Counted from the first letter of the stretch, positions 21,421 through 30,928 are shown. The stretch: DNA of 64,000 bases from Methanotrichaceae archaeon (GCA_963754945.1 CAVWIG010000021.1:1-64000), one strand, 5' to 3'. Numbers and translations: made by a program. The notes: generated from the sequence alone by a model not told the origin.

Positions 21421-21872
21421 CTACCCCTCTCGAAGCACTCGAAGCACTCGAAGCAGTCGAAGCAGTCGAAAAACCAGGAAAGGAGCCTTGGCAAATTTTT
21501 GATGAAGCAACCATCAAAAAGGTTTGGTTCCCGTATGATGCAGGTTATATTGCAGTCGGGATACTAAGAGAACCATTAGATCATAGAAGTCCCTGTGTTA
21601 ATACGGTGTGGGTTTTGGTTGATGATTTTTTTGCCGAGAACTACGAAGGCGGTGTTCATGAACCTGCTTACAGCACTATTATGACTGAGCGGGAGGCCAA
21701 AAGTATGTTTAAGGGACTATCAGAGATATTGGAGGTTCATAAAGAGTACTACGAACCACTATCCGAGGAGGATGAACACCAACATGATTCTGCTCCGAGG
21801 AAGCGAATTTGGCGAGACCTCGACGAAATGTTGAAAGAGGCAACCGAAAAGGGTGTTGCGAGGCAATCGTAG
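21417..21872 (+). CDS. Hypothetical protein with N-terminal (L/V)EA tandem repeats
   Basis: ATGA overlap and GGAGG RBS; 9-bp tcgaagca(c/g) repeats. Confidence 0.6.
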   Translation: MTTPLEALEALEAVEAVEKPGKEPWQIFDEATIKKVWFPYDAGYIAVGILREPLDHRSPCVNTVWVLVDDFFAENYEGGVHEPAYSTIMTEREAKSMFKGLSEILEVHKEYYEPLSEEDEHQHDSAPRKRIWRDLDEMLKEATEKGVARQS

Positions 21873-22110
21873 CATACTTAAGAGGAAAGAAATTAGCGAC
21901 CGAGAAGAAACCTATTGGTAGCCCAAATGGGACAAACCAATATACCAAAGTGGACAATGAGGAACTACCTCACAGTGAGGTAGTTGCTCAATCTGGGCAA
22001 TTTAAACCAAGTGCATTTGGTGAGGAAATTGGGCATAGAACCTCTGAGAAGCTCGGCAAGGAAACTGGACCTGGAAAAACAAGCACAGCAGACTACATTA
22101 AATATATCGA
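21809..22110 (+). pseudogene. Possible remnant of a ParB-associated HTH protein
   Basis: AYLRGKK...GTNQYT...TSEKLGKETG resembles the pre-HTH segment of mobile-element ParB-like proteins; no convincing start or end. Confidence 0.3.
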
Positions 22111-22223
22111 TCCCTTTGTATATGTACATCAAGATCCCCCCAATATGTCTATTAGATATAGTAGTAGACACTTTGGGGGATTTAGGTGTGCGTATAATTA
22201 TCCAAGGGATAAAAATCACCGAT

Positions 22224-22241
22224 AGGTTTAAATAGTTTGCG
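22224..22241 (+). promoter_or_regulatory. TATA-containing promoter motif upstream of the primase gene (copy 1)
   Basis: aggTTTAAATAgtttgcg, identical to 24027-24044. Confidence 0.7.
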
Positions 22242-22332
22242 AACATAGTGTTGGAAGGGTTGAGTTTTACTTTTCTTTCAATTGACTTTAAGAGGTAGCG
22301 TTGCCTTTCAACGAGTGAAGAACTGAGGACTA

Positions 22333-23157
22333 ATGGAAAACCTTAAGAAACTGACACAATGGGTCGTATGGGCTTATACCGAAGATGGTCGAAAGATCCC
22401 CCGATGCCCGGACAACCCTAGTATGTATCTGCGATGGTCTACTTCCTCCTTTATGACATACGAGGATGCATCAATCGCAGATCTCCGGGTCGAGGCCGAC
22501 GGGATAGGACTGATCATACCTGATGGGTACTATGTGATAGACCTCGATCATATCCGCCCCGGAGATCCAAGAGCAAAATCCCTAATCCAATATTGTAACA
22601 GCTATACGGAATTCTCACCATCAGGGAAGGGCATTCATATAATTGTCCGGGCGGATGTTCCGAGAACTCGGAATCTCACTATGGGTCCAAGGACAAAGTA
22701 CCCTACGAAATCAGGTATGGTTATAGAGCTTAAAAGGCCGGGAACGTTCGTAACCTATACCGGTAAGGCTATTGTGAATAGACCTATCAAAGACTGTACG
22801 GAACTTATCCGGACAACCTATGAGGAAGTTTCAGGGTTAGATGCTGCGCTACGCGCTAATGACGTGCATTGCGTAGAGAAAGACGCTTTGGCAAGCTCGA
22901 CGCTTGCCGGTTCTAATGCGGGTAAGCCGGATCATTATTATAAGATAGCCCTAATTAACGAGTGTGAAGTAGTTAGATCCGCGTCCCAAGGAAGCCGGAG
23001 GAACACCCTGTTCAATGCCGCGCGGCATCTCGGAAGATTCCACGGAAAGCTTAACGAGTCAGCGATCCGGGCGGAATTAACCAAAGCGGCGGGCGGATGG
23101 GGGTTCTCCGGGGATATCGTTGATAGCACAATAAGCAACGGGTTGGCAGCAGCATAA
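22333..23157 (+). CDS. Primase-polymerase (AEP/prim-pol) with helical C-terminal domain
   Basis: QWVVW, IDLDH, YTEFSPSGKGIHI, FVTYTG; C-terminal RNTLFNAARHLG. Confidence 0.85.
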   Translation: MENLKKLTQWVVWAYTEDGRKIPRCPDNPSMYLRWSTSSFMTYEDASIADLRVEADGIGLIIPDGYYVIDLDHIRPGDPRAKSLIQYCNSYTEFSPSGKGIHIIVRADVPRTRNLTMGPRTKYPTKSGMVIELKRPGTFVTYTGKAIVNRPIKDCTELIRTTYEEVSGLDAALRANDVHCVEKDALASSTLAGSNAGKPDHYYKIALINECEVVRSASQGSRRNTLFNAARHLGRFHGKLNESAIRAELTKAAGGWGFSGDIVDSTISNGLAAA

Positions 23158-23207
23158 GCCGAACGAAGCATTAAGGACCAATTAAAGAATGTAGGGGTGA
23201 ATTAATT

Positions 23208-23756
23208 TTGCCAAAAGAAATAAAATTATCACAGGGTAAAGTTGCAATCGTTAATGATGATGTGTTTAATGAGGTGAATAAATATACATGGTATGCTGAT
23301 AAGAAGGGAAAATATAATATTGGATTTTATGCGATGCGACATATTATCATAAATGGAAAAAAGACTACAATTCCGATGCACAGGTTTATTTACTTCTTGA
23401 AAACGGGGAAATATCCGGATGGTGACATAGATCACATCAACCACAACGGGTTAGATAATCGATTTGAGAATTTGCGAATATGCGACCGGTCAGAAAACGG
23501 CGGCAATCAACATATTCATGAGCAACCTGGAAAATCCAGCATCTATAAAGGTGTAAGCTGGTACGCGCAAGATCAAAAATGGGAGGCCTATATTCGCAAA
23601 CATTCTAAAAAAATACATCTTGGATTATTTGATTTAGAAATTGAAGCAGCCAGAGCTTATGATGAAGCTGCTATAGGGTATTTCGGAGAGTTTGCTTATA
23701 CGAATTTCCCACGTACAGATTACGAACATATACGACCAATAGCAGTGGAGGCTTAA
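23208..23756 (+). CDS. HNH endonuclease with AP2 domain
   Basis: [33 protein letters not shown]...[10 protein letters not shown]. Confidence 0.92.
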   Translation: MPKEIKLSQGKVAIVNDDVFNEVNKYTWYADKKGKYNIGFYAMRHIIINGKKTTIPMHRFIYFLKTGKYPDGDIDHINHNGLDNRFENLRICDRSENGGNQHIHEQPGKSSIYKGVSWYAQDQKWEAYIRKHSKKIHLGLFDLEIEAARAYDEAAIGYFGEFAYTNFPRTDYEHIRPIAVEA

Positions 23757-24026
23757 ACCACGAACGAAGTTCGGCAACATCCTTTCTTTCTTCTACGCAA
23801 TGCACTATTAGGTGACTTCCTCCCTCCCCCTCTCTCGTCATAGTACTATTAGATAAAATTTGAGGAATACATGGAGAATGTTTTAAATGATGAAATAGTA
23901 CATAAAAATAGGATATTGGGCCGGTTACCGGGAAGTATGTGTTGTTTTGATCTGAAAAGCCTTGTAACGAATTATGTTTTGCATATTATATTGTTGATGG
24001 GATTATAAGGTGCAGAAGGTTAGAAA

Positions 24027-24044
24027 AGGTTTAAATAGTTTGCG
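24027..24044 (+). promoter_or_regulatory. TATA-containing promoter motif upstream of the helicase unit (copy 2)
   Basis: Identical 18-mer to 22224-22241, preceded by a purine-rich BRE-like tract. Confidence 0.7.
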
Positions 24045-24150
24045 TGCGTATTTAGATGTAAACTGTTTTTGGCAATGACGAGCAACCTCGGAGCCGAAGG
24101 TACGGACTTACGGATATATTATCAACCAATAAAAATAACGGAGTGATTAG

Positions 24151-24360
24151 ATGCAAGAACCAATAAATGAATCATATAGGATGTTTGTCGGAAAAATATG
24201 TATCGGGTATCTTAAAAGCGGTCACAAGTTTGCAGCAAGGCTACTTGAAATTAAAGATGGAACGTTTATATTTGAGAGCAAAGCCGGTCTCAAGTTCATT
24301 GACCTAATCGCGGATGTGACAGAGCTTGCGGTTATGATTCATCCGGGAACGGAGGCTTAG
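24151..24360 (+). CDS. Small hypothetical protein (beta-rich)
   Basis: GGAGTGA RBS; stop 3 bp upstream of the helicase start. Confidence 0.6.
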   Translation: MQEPINESYRMFVGKICIGYLKSGHKFAARLLEIKDGTFIFESKAGLKFIDLIADVTELAVMIHPGTEA

Positions 24361-24363
24361 AAC

Positions 24364-26076
24364 ATGGCTGGGGCTTATTATGTAGGAACAGATGGATGCA
24401 CATATCATTCAAGCGGAAAAAAGGTTATGGATGGCCGGATTCACATTAATCAGATTAGACGGGATTATAAGACCGGCGAGGTAACTTATGTTTTGTCCGG
24501 GGAGGATACAACAGGCCGGAGAGTAATTATAATGGTACCGGCAGAGAGGTTTTTCGACCACCGTCGCTTAAGAGTCGATATCGAATCGAGATTTGATGTT
24601 ACATGTAACACATATTTCGGAAAGGAAGACAAACTATATAATATTATCAAAAGCGTAACCAACTTGGAAACACTCGTTGAATTCTGCGAAGTAGATCAGG
24701 TTTTATGGATTGATGATAAACTTGTCATCCCCGGTTTAGAGCCTAAAGGATACAAGTGCAACCTTGATAAAACATTATTTCCCTACAGCATGCCGGATAG
24801 CTTAGACTTGAATGCGGCTATTAATGCCTTAGACCATATCTTACATGCATGGCCCATTGAAAAGACTATGCCTATTATAACATTGGTTTTCGCCGGGCCG
24901 GTGATTGGGAAACTCTTTCCGGATTATAGATATGGGTTTGCTCTTGTAGGTGAAACAGGCAGCGGGAAGACTCTCTTTGCAAGGTTGGCCTTATCAATAT
25001 ATGGATCCGGGTTTAGATCTACGGAGACTATGATAAAACTTGGAGAGGGATCAACAGGCAATGCAGCAAGGAAAATCTTCGCTCAGGCCGGAATGATGCC
25101 CTGTTTAATGGACAACTACAAGCCATACAAGTCATGGTCTCAGAGTGACCTATCATCGCTTATTCATTCTGTTATGGAAGGCGGGGATAAAGCCCGGTTG
25201 GACAAGGAAAGTGAACTCAGGGACATACAAAAATATTATACATGTCCCATAATAACAGGAGAGGACTTTGCATTAGACCCGGCATCTCAGGCCCGGATTA
25301 TGCCTATGGATTGGCCTAGGTTCAATAGTGACGAGTTAGACAAGGCAACCGAAGATCTTCGGAGGCATTTACCGGCCATAGGCAGGGCATGGTTAACGTG
25401 GTTGCAATCCCCGGAAGGATTGACAGCTATGGATGAGTTTAAAGAACAGTTTCCAAAACATAGACAGGAGATGATAAGCATTATGGAGAGACGAGATGGA
25501 GCCGTAAACCCTGAGAGGTTGGGTTCCAATATGGCATTATCTGATTTGAGCTATGATATGTTATGTAAACATCCGACTATTGGATGGTACTTTAAACAGC
25601 ATAGACCGGAATATGAGCAGAACATAAAAGAGACTTGTAAGCAGGTAGCAACAGCAACAAGGGAAAGCTCGGAGGCTGATGAGTTAGTTGAACTGCTGAG
25701 AAATGCAATATCCCGTGATCGTTCCTCAGGTACAGGATACTACCCGAAATTCAAAGGATTTATAAGGGATGAATTTATATATATTTATCCTGATGAATTG
25801 GTCAAATTTGCAAAGCAGAATTTGGACGGCGCACAGAAGCTATCAAAAGCAACCTTAGCCCGGCAATTAATATCACACAAGTTCATCATTCCTTTTAAAG
25901 ACGGTAATCCAACATGGGTTGTTAGTGATCACGGCAAGAAGGTCAGACTTTACAAGTTCGAGAAAGAGACGCTACTTGAATATGCGCATACAGAAGTAGA
26001 ACCGCAACATGAAACGAGCCCGTTGGGCGATGTTGTAACAGTCGGAGGGGATCAGATAGATTTAGCATACGCATAG
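24364..26076 (+). CDS. Replicative P-loop helicase (DUF927/SF3-like)
   Basis: Walker A GETGSGKT, Walker B-like CLMDN, IITGED, Arg finger QARI; located after the primase and before the iterons. Confidence 0.75.
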   Translation: MAGAYYVGTDGCTYHSSGKKVMDGRIHINQIRRDYKTGEVTYVLSGEDTTGRRVIIMVPAERFFDHRRLRVDIESRFDVTCNTYFGKEDKLYNIIKSVTNLETLVEFCEVDQVLWIDDKLVIPGLEPKGYKCNLDKTLFPYSMPDSLDLNAAINALDHILHAWPIEKTMPIITLVFAGPVIGKLFPDYRYGFALVGETGSGKTLFARLALSIYGSGFRSTETMIKLGEGSTGNAARKIFAQAGMMPCLMDNYKPYKSWSQSDLSSLIHSVMEGGDKARLDKESELRDIQKYYTCPIITGEDFALDPASQARIMPMDWPRFNSDELDKATEDLRRHLPAIGRAWLTWLQSPEGLTAMDEFKEQFPKHRQEMISIMERRDGAVNPERLGSNMALSDLSYDMLCKHPTIGWYFKQHRPEYEQNIKETCKQVATATRESSEADELVELLRNAISRDRSSGTGYYPKFKGFIRDEFIYIYPDELVKFAKQNLDGAQKLSKATLARQLISHKFIIPFKDGNPTWVVSDHGKKVRLYKFEKETLLEYAHTEVEPQHETSPLGDVVTVGGDQIDLAYA

Positions 26077-26282
26077 AATTGTTACTTTTGTTGCCGGGGA
26101 TCGATATGCAGTGACCTACGGTAACAGAGTAACAGAAGAAACGGGGCTTTTTACAGAAAGTAAATCTAAGAGAATAAAAAAGAGTATAAATTACTGTAAC
26201 TACTGTAACTATACTATATAATATGTTAGTAGATAGTGTTCTTACTGTAACAATTAGGGTAACAGTGGTGTAACAAAGTGAC
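26035..26282 (+). other. Putative replication origin (GTAAC iterons around an AT-rich core)
   Basis: GTAAC at 26035, 26121, 26129, 26196, 26205, 26247, 26259 and 26270; inverted copy at 26081; TACTGTAAC three times. Confidence 0.6.
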
Positions 26283-26569
26283 AATTTAATGGAATACGCT
26301 ATCGAGTGACCTTAAACTTAGAGGAGATTGGAGGTTTATTAAAATGTTAGTATCATATATTTACAACACTAAGATTCACAGGATGGAAAAGGTATACATA
26401 TGCGAAAATCCATATGAAACCGCATTGGTAGAAGGCCGTATCCGGGAATCATTCACCGGGCCAACCCGGATTGAGAACAGGTATTGAGAGAAATTGGAAC
26501 AATCCAATAAAACCTTAGAAGGCCGGAATCACCCCATCGGAAGGCTATTGGGGTGATTTCCTAACGGTT

Positions 26570-26995
26570 ATGTATCCTCTGATGGCAACTGAGCTTACCC
26601 CGTTGGAATCATCATCAGGCGTGAAATCAATACCGATGGCATTCACTACAAAAGAATTTATAAATGTGGTTAAATCTGGAAGAACACTTAAGGAGGTGAA
26701 AGATAGCACACAGAAGAAAGAGGAAAAGAGCGAGGAGGACTTCCGGAAGGCTACTATAAGGATTAATCAGATGATAAGCACAACACCGGAGGAGTTAGCT
26801 GATATTTTAAAGGAACATGTATCACCGGAGAAGGCAGCAGGCAGGTTGCTTCTAAAGATGAGGAATAAGAGATTTCCAACGGGGGACGAACCTGGAATGG
26901 ACTATATGGTTTACATGGCAAAAAAGAATACAGGAAACGGTGTAAAAAGATGGAAGATATTAAAGGTGGAGAAAGGCAAGAGGTATATTCCCTAA
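26570..26995 (+). CDS. Hypothetical basic protein (start uncertain)
   Basis: Lys-rich ORF in the orientation of the element. Confidence 0.4.
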   Translation: MYPLMATELTPLESSSGVKSIPMAFTTKEFINVVKSGRTLKEVKDSTQKKEEKSEEDFRKATIRINQMISTTPEELADILKEHVSPEKAAGRLLLKMRNKRFPTGDEPGMDYMVYMAKKNTGNGVKRWKILKVEKGKRYIP

Positions 26996-27013
26996 ATCGA
27001 TAACAGGCTAACC

Positions 27014-27208
27014 CTACTGTTGGTATCGCTATCGGGAAGGCTCGAAAAAGGGTATGATGGGTTTAATGGGTTTGTTTTACCCGGTTCTATAGAAATTTTC
27101 AAAAATTTGGAAGCCGGGGGGTAAAACTAACCATTAAAACCCATTATACCCTCTTTTAGTGTTTTTTGAGTCCGGCTGATAGCGGTATTTTTTAATCAAT
27201 AACAGTAG
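27014..27208 (+). repeat. ~195-nt imperfect inverted repeat (long hairpin)
   Basis: Nested complementary blocks: ctactgtt/aacagtag, gtatcgctatc/gatagcggtat, agggtatgatgggt/acccattataccct, gttttaccc/gggtaaaac. Confidence 0.85.
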
Positions 27209-27677
27209 ACCTGATTAGGATAACCTTTTTTCCGGAGCATTTTTTTCCTCTCCCCTTGTGTGTTAGACGAATACAGTTATCGCGTCGTGAGTCCTGGGGA
27301 AATTTGGGCCTTTGCCTGATCCCTTTTCCATCTCACTGTAATACTATATCGTCTATTAAAATATATCTATTTTTTATATATCATAGAAATATTAATATGA
27401 AACGGGGTTGGGCGATGTGTGTTGCAGTAAGATTTTTTAGAAAGTAGTAACACGAATCAAGTAAGTTCGCATTATTAACGAAAGCGAACTCCGGTCGCAG
27501 GATATCGGTATTTTTTGGGCCATGGTGTGTTACTCAAAACTCACATCCGGGCTAGTGGCTACTGTTATTGATTAGGCAGATTTATGTGTACAATTGGGCC
27601 ACATAAACCGATCGTTGAAATGCGTTTCTAAGATATAGGTCAAATAATTATAAATATAAAGTTATGGAGGAATTATC

Positions 27678-28232
27678 ATGAGAAAATGCAAAGTTTGTAG
27701 TAATAAGACGTGGCTTAAAGAGATCAACCTAAGACTCATACGAAAGCATCAAACCGGTGAGTCGTTTGCGAGTATAGCCAAAGATTATGAAGGATTAGAT
27801 AAGCAAAATTTACAATGGCATTATAATAATCACCTAAAAGACAGCTCGAATGAAAAAGATAAAACGGATAACTATTGTCCACGAAATACCCTGAATAATA
27901 GTCAAAATGTAGATGGTTTGGATGACAACCCGGATGATTTGAATGATTCCGAGGTCAATTTACAAGAGAAAGAAGCCCAGGCCTGGGATATCTACGAGAA
28001 GAGCCTGAAGTCAGGAGATCTACAGCTTGCACTAAAGGCCGAACAGATAGCAGTAGACCTATTGAAACTCCAGGATAAGCGGAAAGATGAGGGCCACGGA
28101 CAAGTAGTGAACATTACCGACACCCCGGAATATCAAGAAATGATGGATGTAATACTCAGGGTATTGGACAAATACCCAGAGGTCAGGAGGGAATTAGAAC
28201 ATGAGCTTGAAAAACTTACAGCAAAGACTTAA
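27678..28232 (+). CDS. Putative terminase small subunit (CxxC...HxxxH zinc-finger/HTH)
   Basis: CKVC...SFASIAKDY...WHYNNH and a helical C-terminus; overlaps the terminase ATPase gene. Confidence 0.55.
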   Translation: MRKCKVCSNKTWLKEINLRLIRKHQTGESFASIAKDYEGLDKQNLQWHYNNHLKDSSNEKDKTDNYCPRNTLNNSQNVDGLDDNPDDLNDSEVNLQEKEAQAWDIYEKSLKSGDLQLALKAEQIAVDLLKLQDKRKDEGHGQVVNITDTPEYQEMMDVILRVLDKYPEVRRELEHELEKLTAKT

Positions 28233-28944
28233 TCCCGCCGCATGGTTGGAAGATGTTACGGGGATAGTACCCGATCTTTGGCAACGGGATTTATTATATT
28301 ATAGAGAAGATACTTTATGTATGACAGGGCGGCAGATGGGGAAAAGTACTATGGTTGCCGCTAAAGCCTGTCACCGTGCCGTGTTCTATCCAAAGTCCTT
28401 AGTACTGATTCTTGCACCATCCCAACGTCAGAGTCAGGAATTGGGATTGAAAGTGTCTGATATCTGTTCTGAAGCCCGCCTTCCGGTTGTTGATGAAAGC
28501 CAACAGAAGACTACATTCACTAACAAGAGCCGGATTATATGTTTACCGGGATCTGAAGCAACAATCCGGGGATATTCCGCGGCAAATCTTCTCATTATTG
28601 ATGAAGCCAGCCGGGTAGAAGACGGATTATACTTATCTGTAAGGCCTTTCTTAGCAGTATCCGGAGGGCAATTGGTAGCGATAACAACCCCGTATATCCG
28701 CTCCGGGTGGTTCTATAATGCCTGGGAGACCTTGGATTCCCATTGGAAGAAGATTAAAGTGACTGCTGATGATAATCCCAGGATTACCAAGGTATTTCTT
28801 GAATCAGAGCGCGAATCAATGCCGAATTCGTGGTTTAGATCGGAATATTTTTGTGAATGGTTGGATTCCGGGGAAGGCTGTTTATTCAATCCGGACGATA
28901 TTAAATCATGTGTGAGCAGTGAAATAGAGGAATTGGAGGTATAA
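28201..28944 (+). CDS. Terminase large subunit, ATPase domain (stand-alone gene)
   Basis: PDLWQ (Q motif), GRQMGKST (Walker A), APSQRQS, IRG, IIDEASRV (Walker B), TTP (motif C), FRSEYFCEW. Confidence 0.88.
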   Translation: MSLKNLQQRLNPAAWLEDVTGIVPDLWQRDLLYYREDTLCMTGRQMGKSTMVAAKACHRAVFYPKSLVLILAPSQRQSQELGLKVSDICSEARLPVVDESQQKTTFTNKSRIICLPGSEATIRGYSAANLLIIDEASRVEDGLYLSVRPFLAVSGGQLVAITTPYIRSGWFYNAWETLDSHWKKIKVTADDNPRITKVFLESERESMPNSWFRSEYFCEWLDSGEGCLFNPDDIKSCVSSEIEELEV

Positions 28945-28945
28945 T

Positions 28946-29833
28946 ATGGTAAAAACTATAGTTTACAGTAGAGCAGAAATCAACGCGATGACAGAAGAAG
29001 AACTACTATCAAAAGGTTTTAAAGATGAGGTAGCCGCCCGGAAGAAAATACAACAGCAAAAATCCAAGCCTCTTAACTGGTTTATGTCATACCGCTACAT
29101 AATCAGTGTAGATATCGGCAAACATAACGATTATACGGCTATATTTGTCATTGAGAGGGAGGGCCGGGATTACCATGTTATAAAGATCGATAGGTGGAGA
29201 CGTCAAGACCACACTTATCTAATCTCAAAGCTGTTAGAACTCCAAAGACACCCCAAAATGAAATCCGGAGAGATAGCCTTCGTCATAGATGCTACGGGTG
29301 TTGGTGATGCAATGTTGGATTTTATTAGGGAGGCGGGGATTCCGGCCATCGGTATCAATATCCACGGAGGATTTGACACAACAATGAGCTCAGGAAGGAT
29401 TTCTGCTTCAAAAAATGATTTAGTTTTCTGTTTACAAAATATCTTTGAACACCACCGCATCAAGGTTGCCGATACTATTAAACTTTGGGCCGAAGTTCAG
29501 AAAGAATTGATGACGTTCTCCCCAAAGGTAAATCAGAACACCGGGCACGTGTCCTATGAGGCTATCCGGAGCAGGGATCACGACGATTTAGTAATGTCTT
29601 TAGCAATGGCCGCATTGTTTTGTGAGAGGGTTGATCCTGCTGTTGTACAGGACTCAGAGGGCGGAACCAACGTATATTCAGGATCGGGAGGAATGACTGA
29701 TATCATCGGGCTTAGTACCCTCTCGATAGATGATATAAACGATATGATGACGAATGATGGGTCCGGGGATTATACTCCGGGAATGGAGAGCTTAGAAGTG
29801 AGCCGCAAAAGGGTTCGAGGTGAAGTCTGGTAG
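28946..29833 (+). CDS. Terminase large subunit, RNase H-like nuclease domain (stand-alone gene)
   Basis: SVDIGKHNDYTA, IDATGVGD and HDDLVMSLAMA motifs; own GGAGGT RBS and ATG. Confidence 0.85.
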   Translation: MVKTIVYSRAEINAMTEEELLSKGFKDEVAARKKIQQQKSKPLNWFMSYRYIISVDIGKHNDYTAIFVIEREGRDYHVIKIDRWRRQDHTYLISKLLELQRHPKMKSGEIAFVIDATGVGDAMLDFIREAGIPAIGINIHGGFDTTMSSGRISASKNDLVFCLQNIFEHHRIKVADTIKLWAEVQKELMTFSPKVNQNTGHVSYEAIRSRDHDDLVMSLAMAALFCERVDPAVVQDSEGGTNVYSGSGGMTDIIGLSTLSIDDINDMMTNDGSGDYTPGMESLEVSRKRVRGEVW

Positions 29834-29877
29834 GTCCACATTTTGTACATTTTTGACCATCAAGCACAAGATATATA

Positions 29878-30866
29878 TGCTGTGTCGATTAAGCTTAAAT
29901 AGTTTAAATATAAATATTATATCATGAACTATGTTGATAATAGAGACTGGCCAGAATATAATGCCCAACTTGTTCGAAGAGGCGAATTCTATCTCGATTT
30001 GAGTTGTGTGAAGAACTGGAGTTGGGAATTAAGAGAAATGAATAGAAAGAAAACAGGCGCTCCATACGAATACCCTAACACTTTTATAACTTTTGCATCA
30101 ATAATATACTCTTTTTTTCGAATGCCATATCGTCAACTTGAAGGATTCTTTGGACGACTTTCGACCTATGAACCAGGATTGGTGGCGGCAGATTATACCA
30201 CCCTCCATAAGCGAATCTCTAAGCAAGATCTTGGAATAGAGATACCAGAGAACGACGCTGTTGTTGCAGTTGATTCAACTGGGATAAAGGTAACAAATAG
30301 AGGGGATTGGATGCGCGAGAAACACGGAAAGCAGCGGCGAGGATGGCTTAAAGTTCATGTGGCAGTCGACGTTGAATCAAAGAGATTATTGTCTATGGAA
30401 ATTACAGAAGAAGACACCTCGGATAGCGAGGTTTTGCGCCCTTTGTTGAAAGACGTCAATATTGAGGAGGGGTTGATGGATGGCGCATATGACACAAACG
30501 ACGCATTTGAATTTATGAAATCGAAAGGTGTAGATTGTCCAGGGATTAAGATCAGAGAGAACGCGATAGTAGGTAAAGATGCATCAGCCAGGTCAACAGC
30601 TGTTCTGGAATTCAAAAAAATGGGCTACAAGGGTTGGAAGCAAATGCATCAGTACGGTAGAAGGTGGGCAGTTGAAGGCTTCTTCTCATCGATCAAGCGT
30701 ATCTTTGGTGAGACGGTTCGGGCATCTTCACCCGAAGGAATGGTCGCCGAGATTAAAAGAGCATTCATTTTGTATAATATACTTAGGAGCATATAAGTAA
30801 TTAGTTAAAATAAATTATGAATTCTTGAATAACGAAATAATACTATAATAATCATGCGACACAGCA
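29878..30866 (+). mobile_element. IS5-family insertion sequence, second intact copy (989 bp)
   Basis: Same TIRs as the first copy; 8-bp TSD GATATATA at 29870-29877 and 30867-30874. Confidence 0.93.
29924..30796 (+). CDS. IS5-family DDE transposase
   Basis: Matches 2628..3500 except for one visible K/E substitution. Confidence 0.93.
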   Translation: MNYVDNRDWPEYNAQLVRRGEFYLDLSCVKNWSWELREMNRKKTGAPYEYPNTFITFASIIYSFFRMPYRQLEGFFGRLSTYEPGLVAADYTTLHKRISKQDLGIEIPENDAVVAVDSTGIKVTNRGDWMREKHGKQRRGWLKVHVAVDVESKRLLSMEITEEDTSDSEVLRPLLKDVNIEEGLMDGAYDTNDAFEFMKSKGVDCPGIKIRENAIVGKDASARSTAVLEFKKMGYKGWKQMHQYGRRWAVEGFFSSIKRIFGETVRASSPEGMVAEIKRAFILYNILRSI

Positions 30867-30928
30867 GATATATATATACACCCGTCGAAACTTTAACCAT
30901 TAATACAGTTAAAAAAGGAGGATATATA

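Noticed and set aside
29878-30866. IS-mediated deletion of portal/capsid genes
   Set aside because: The 8-bp TSD is intact on both sides, which indicates a simple insertion. An older unrelated deletion is not excluded.
30854-30928. N-terminal extension of the secreted cargo ORF
   Set aside because: That ATG lies inside the IS end; the RBS and signal peptide point to 30929.
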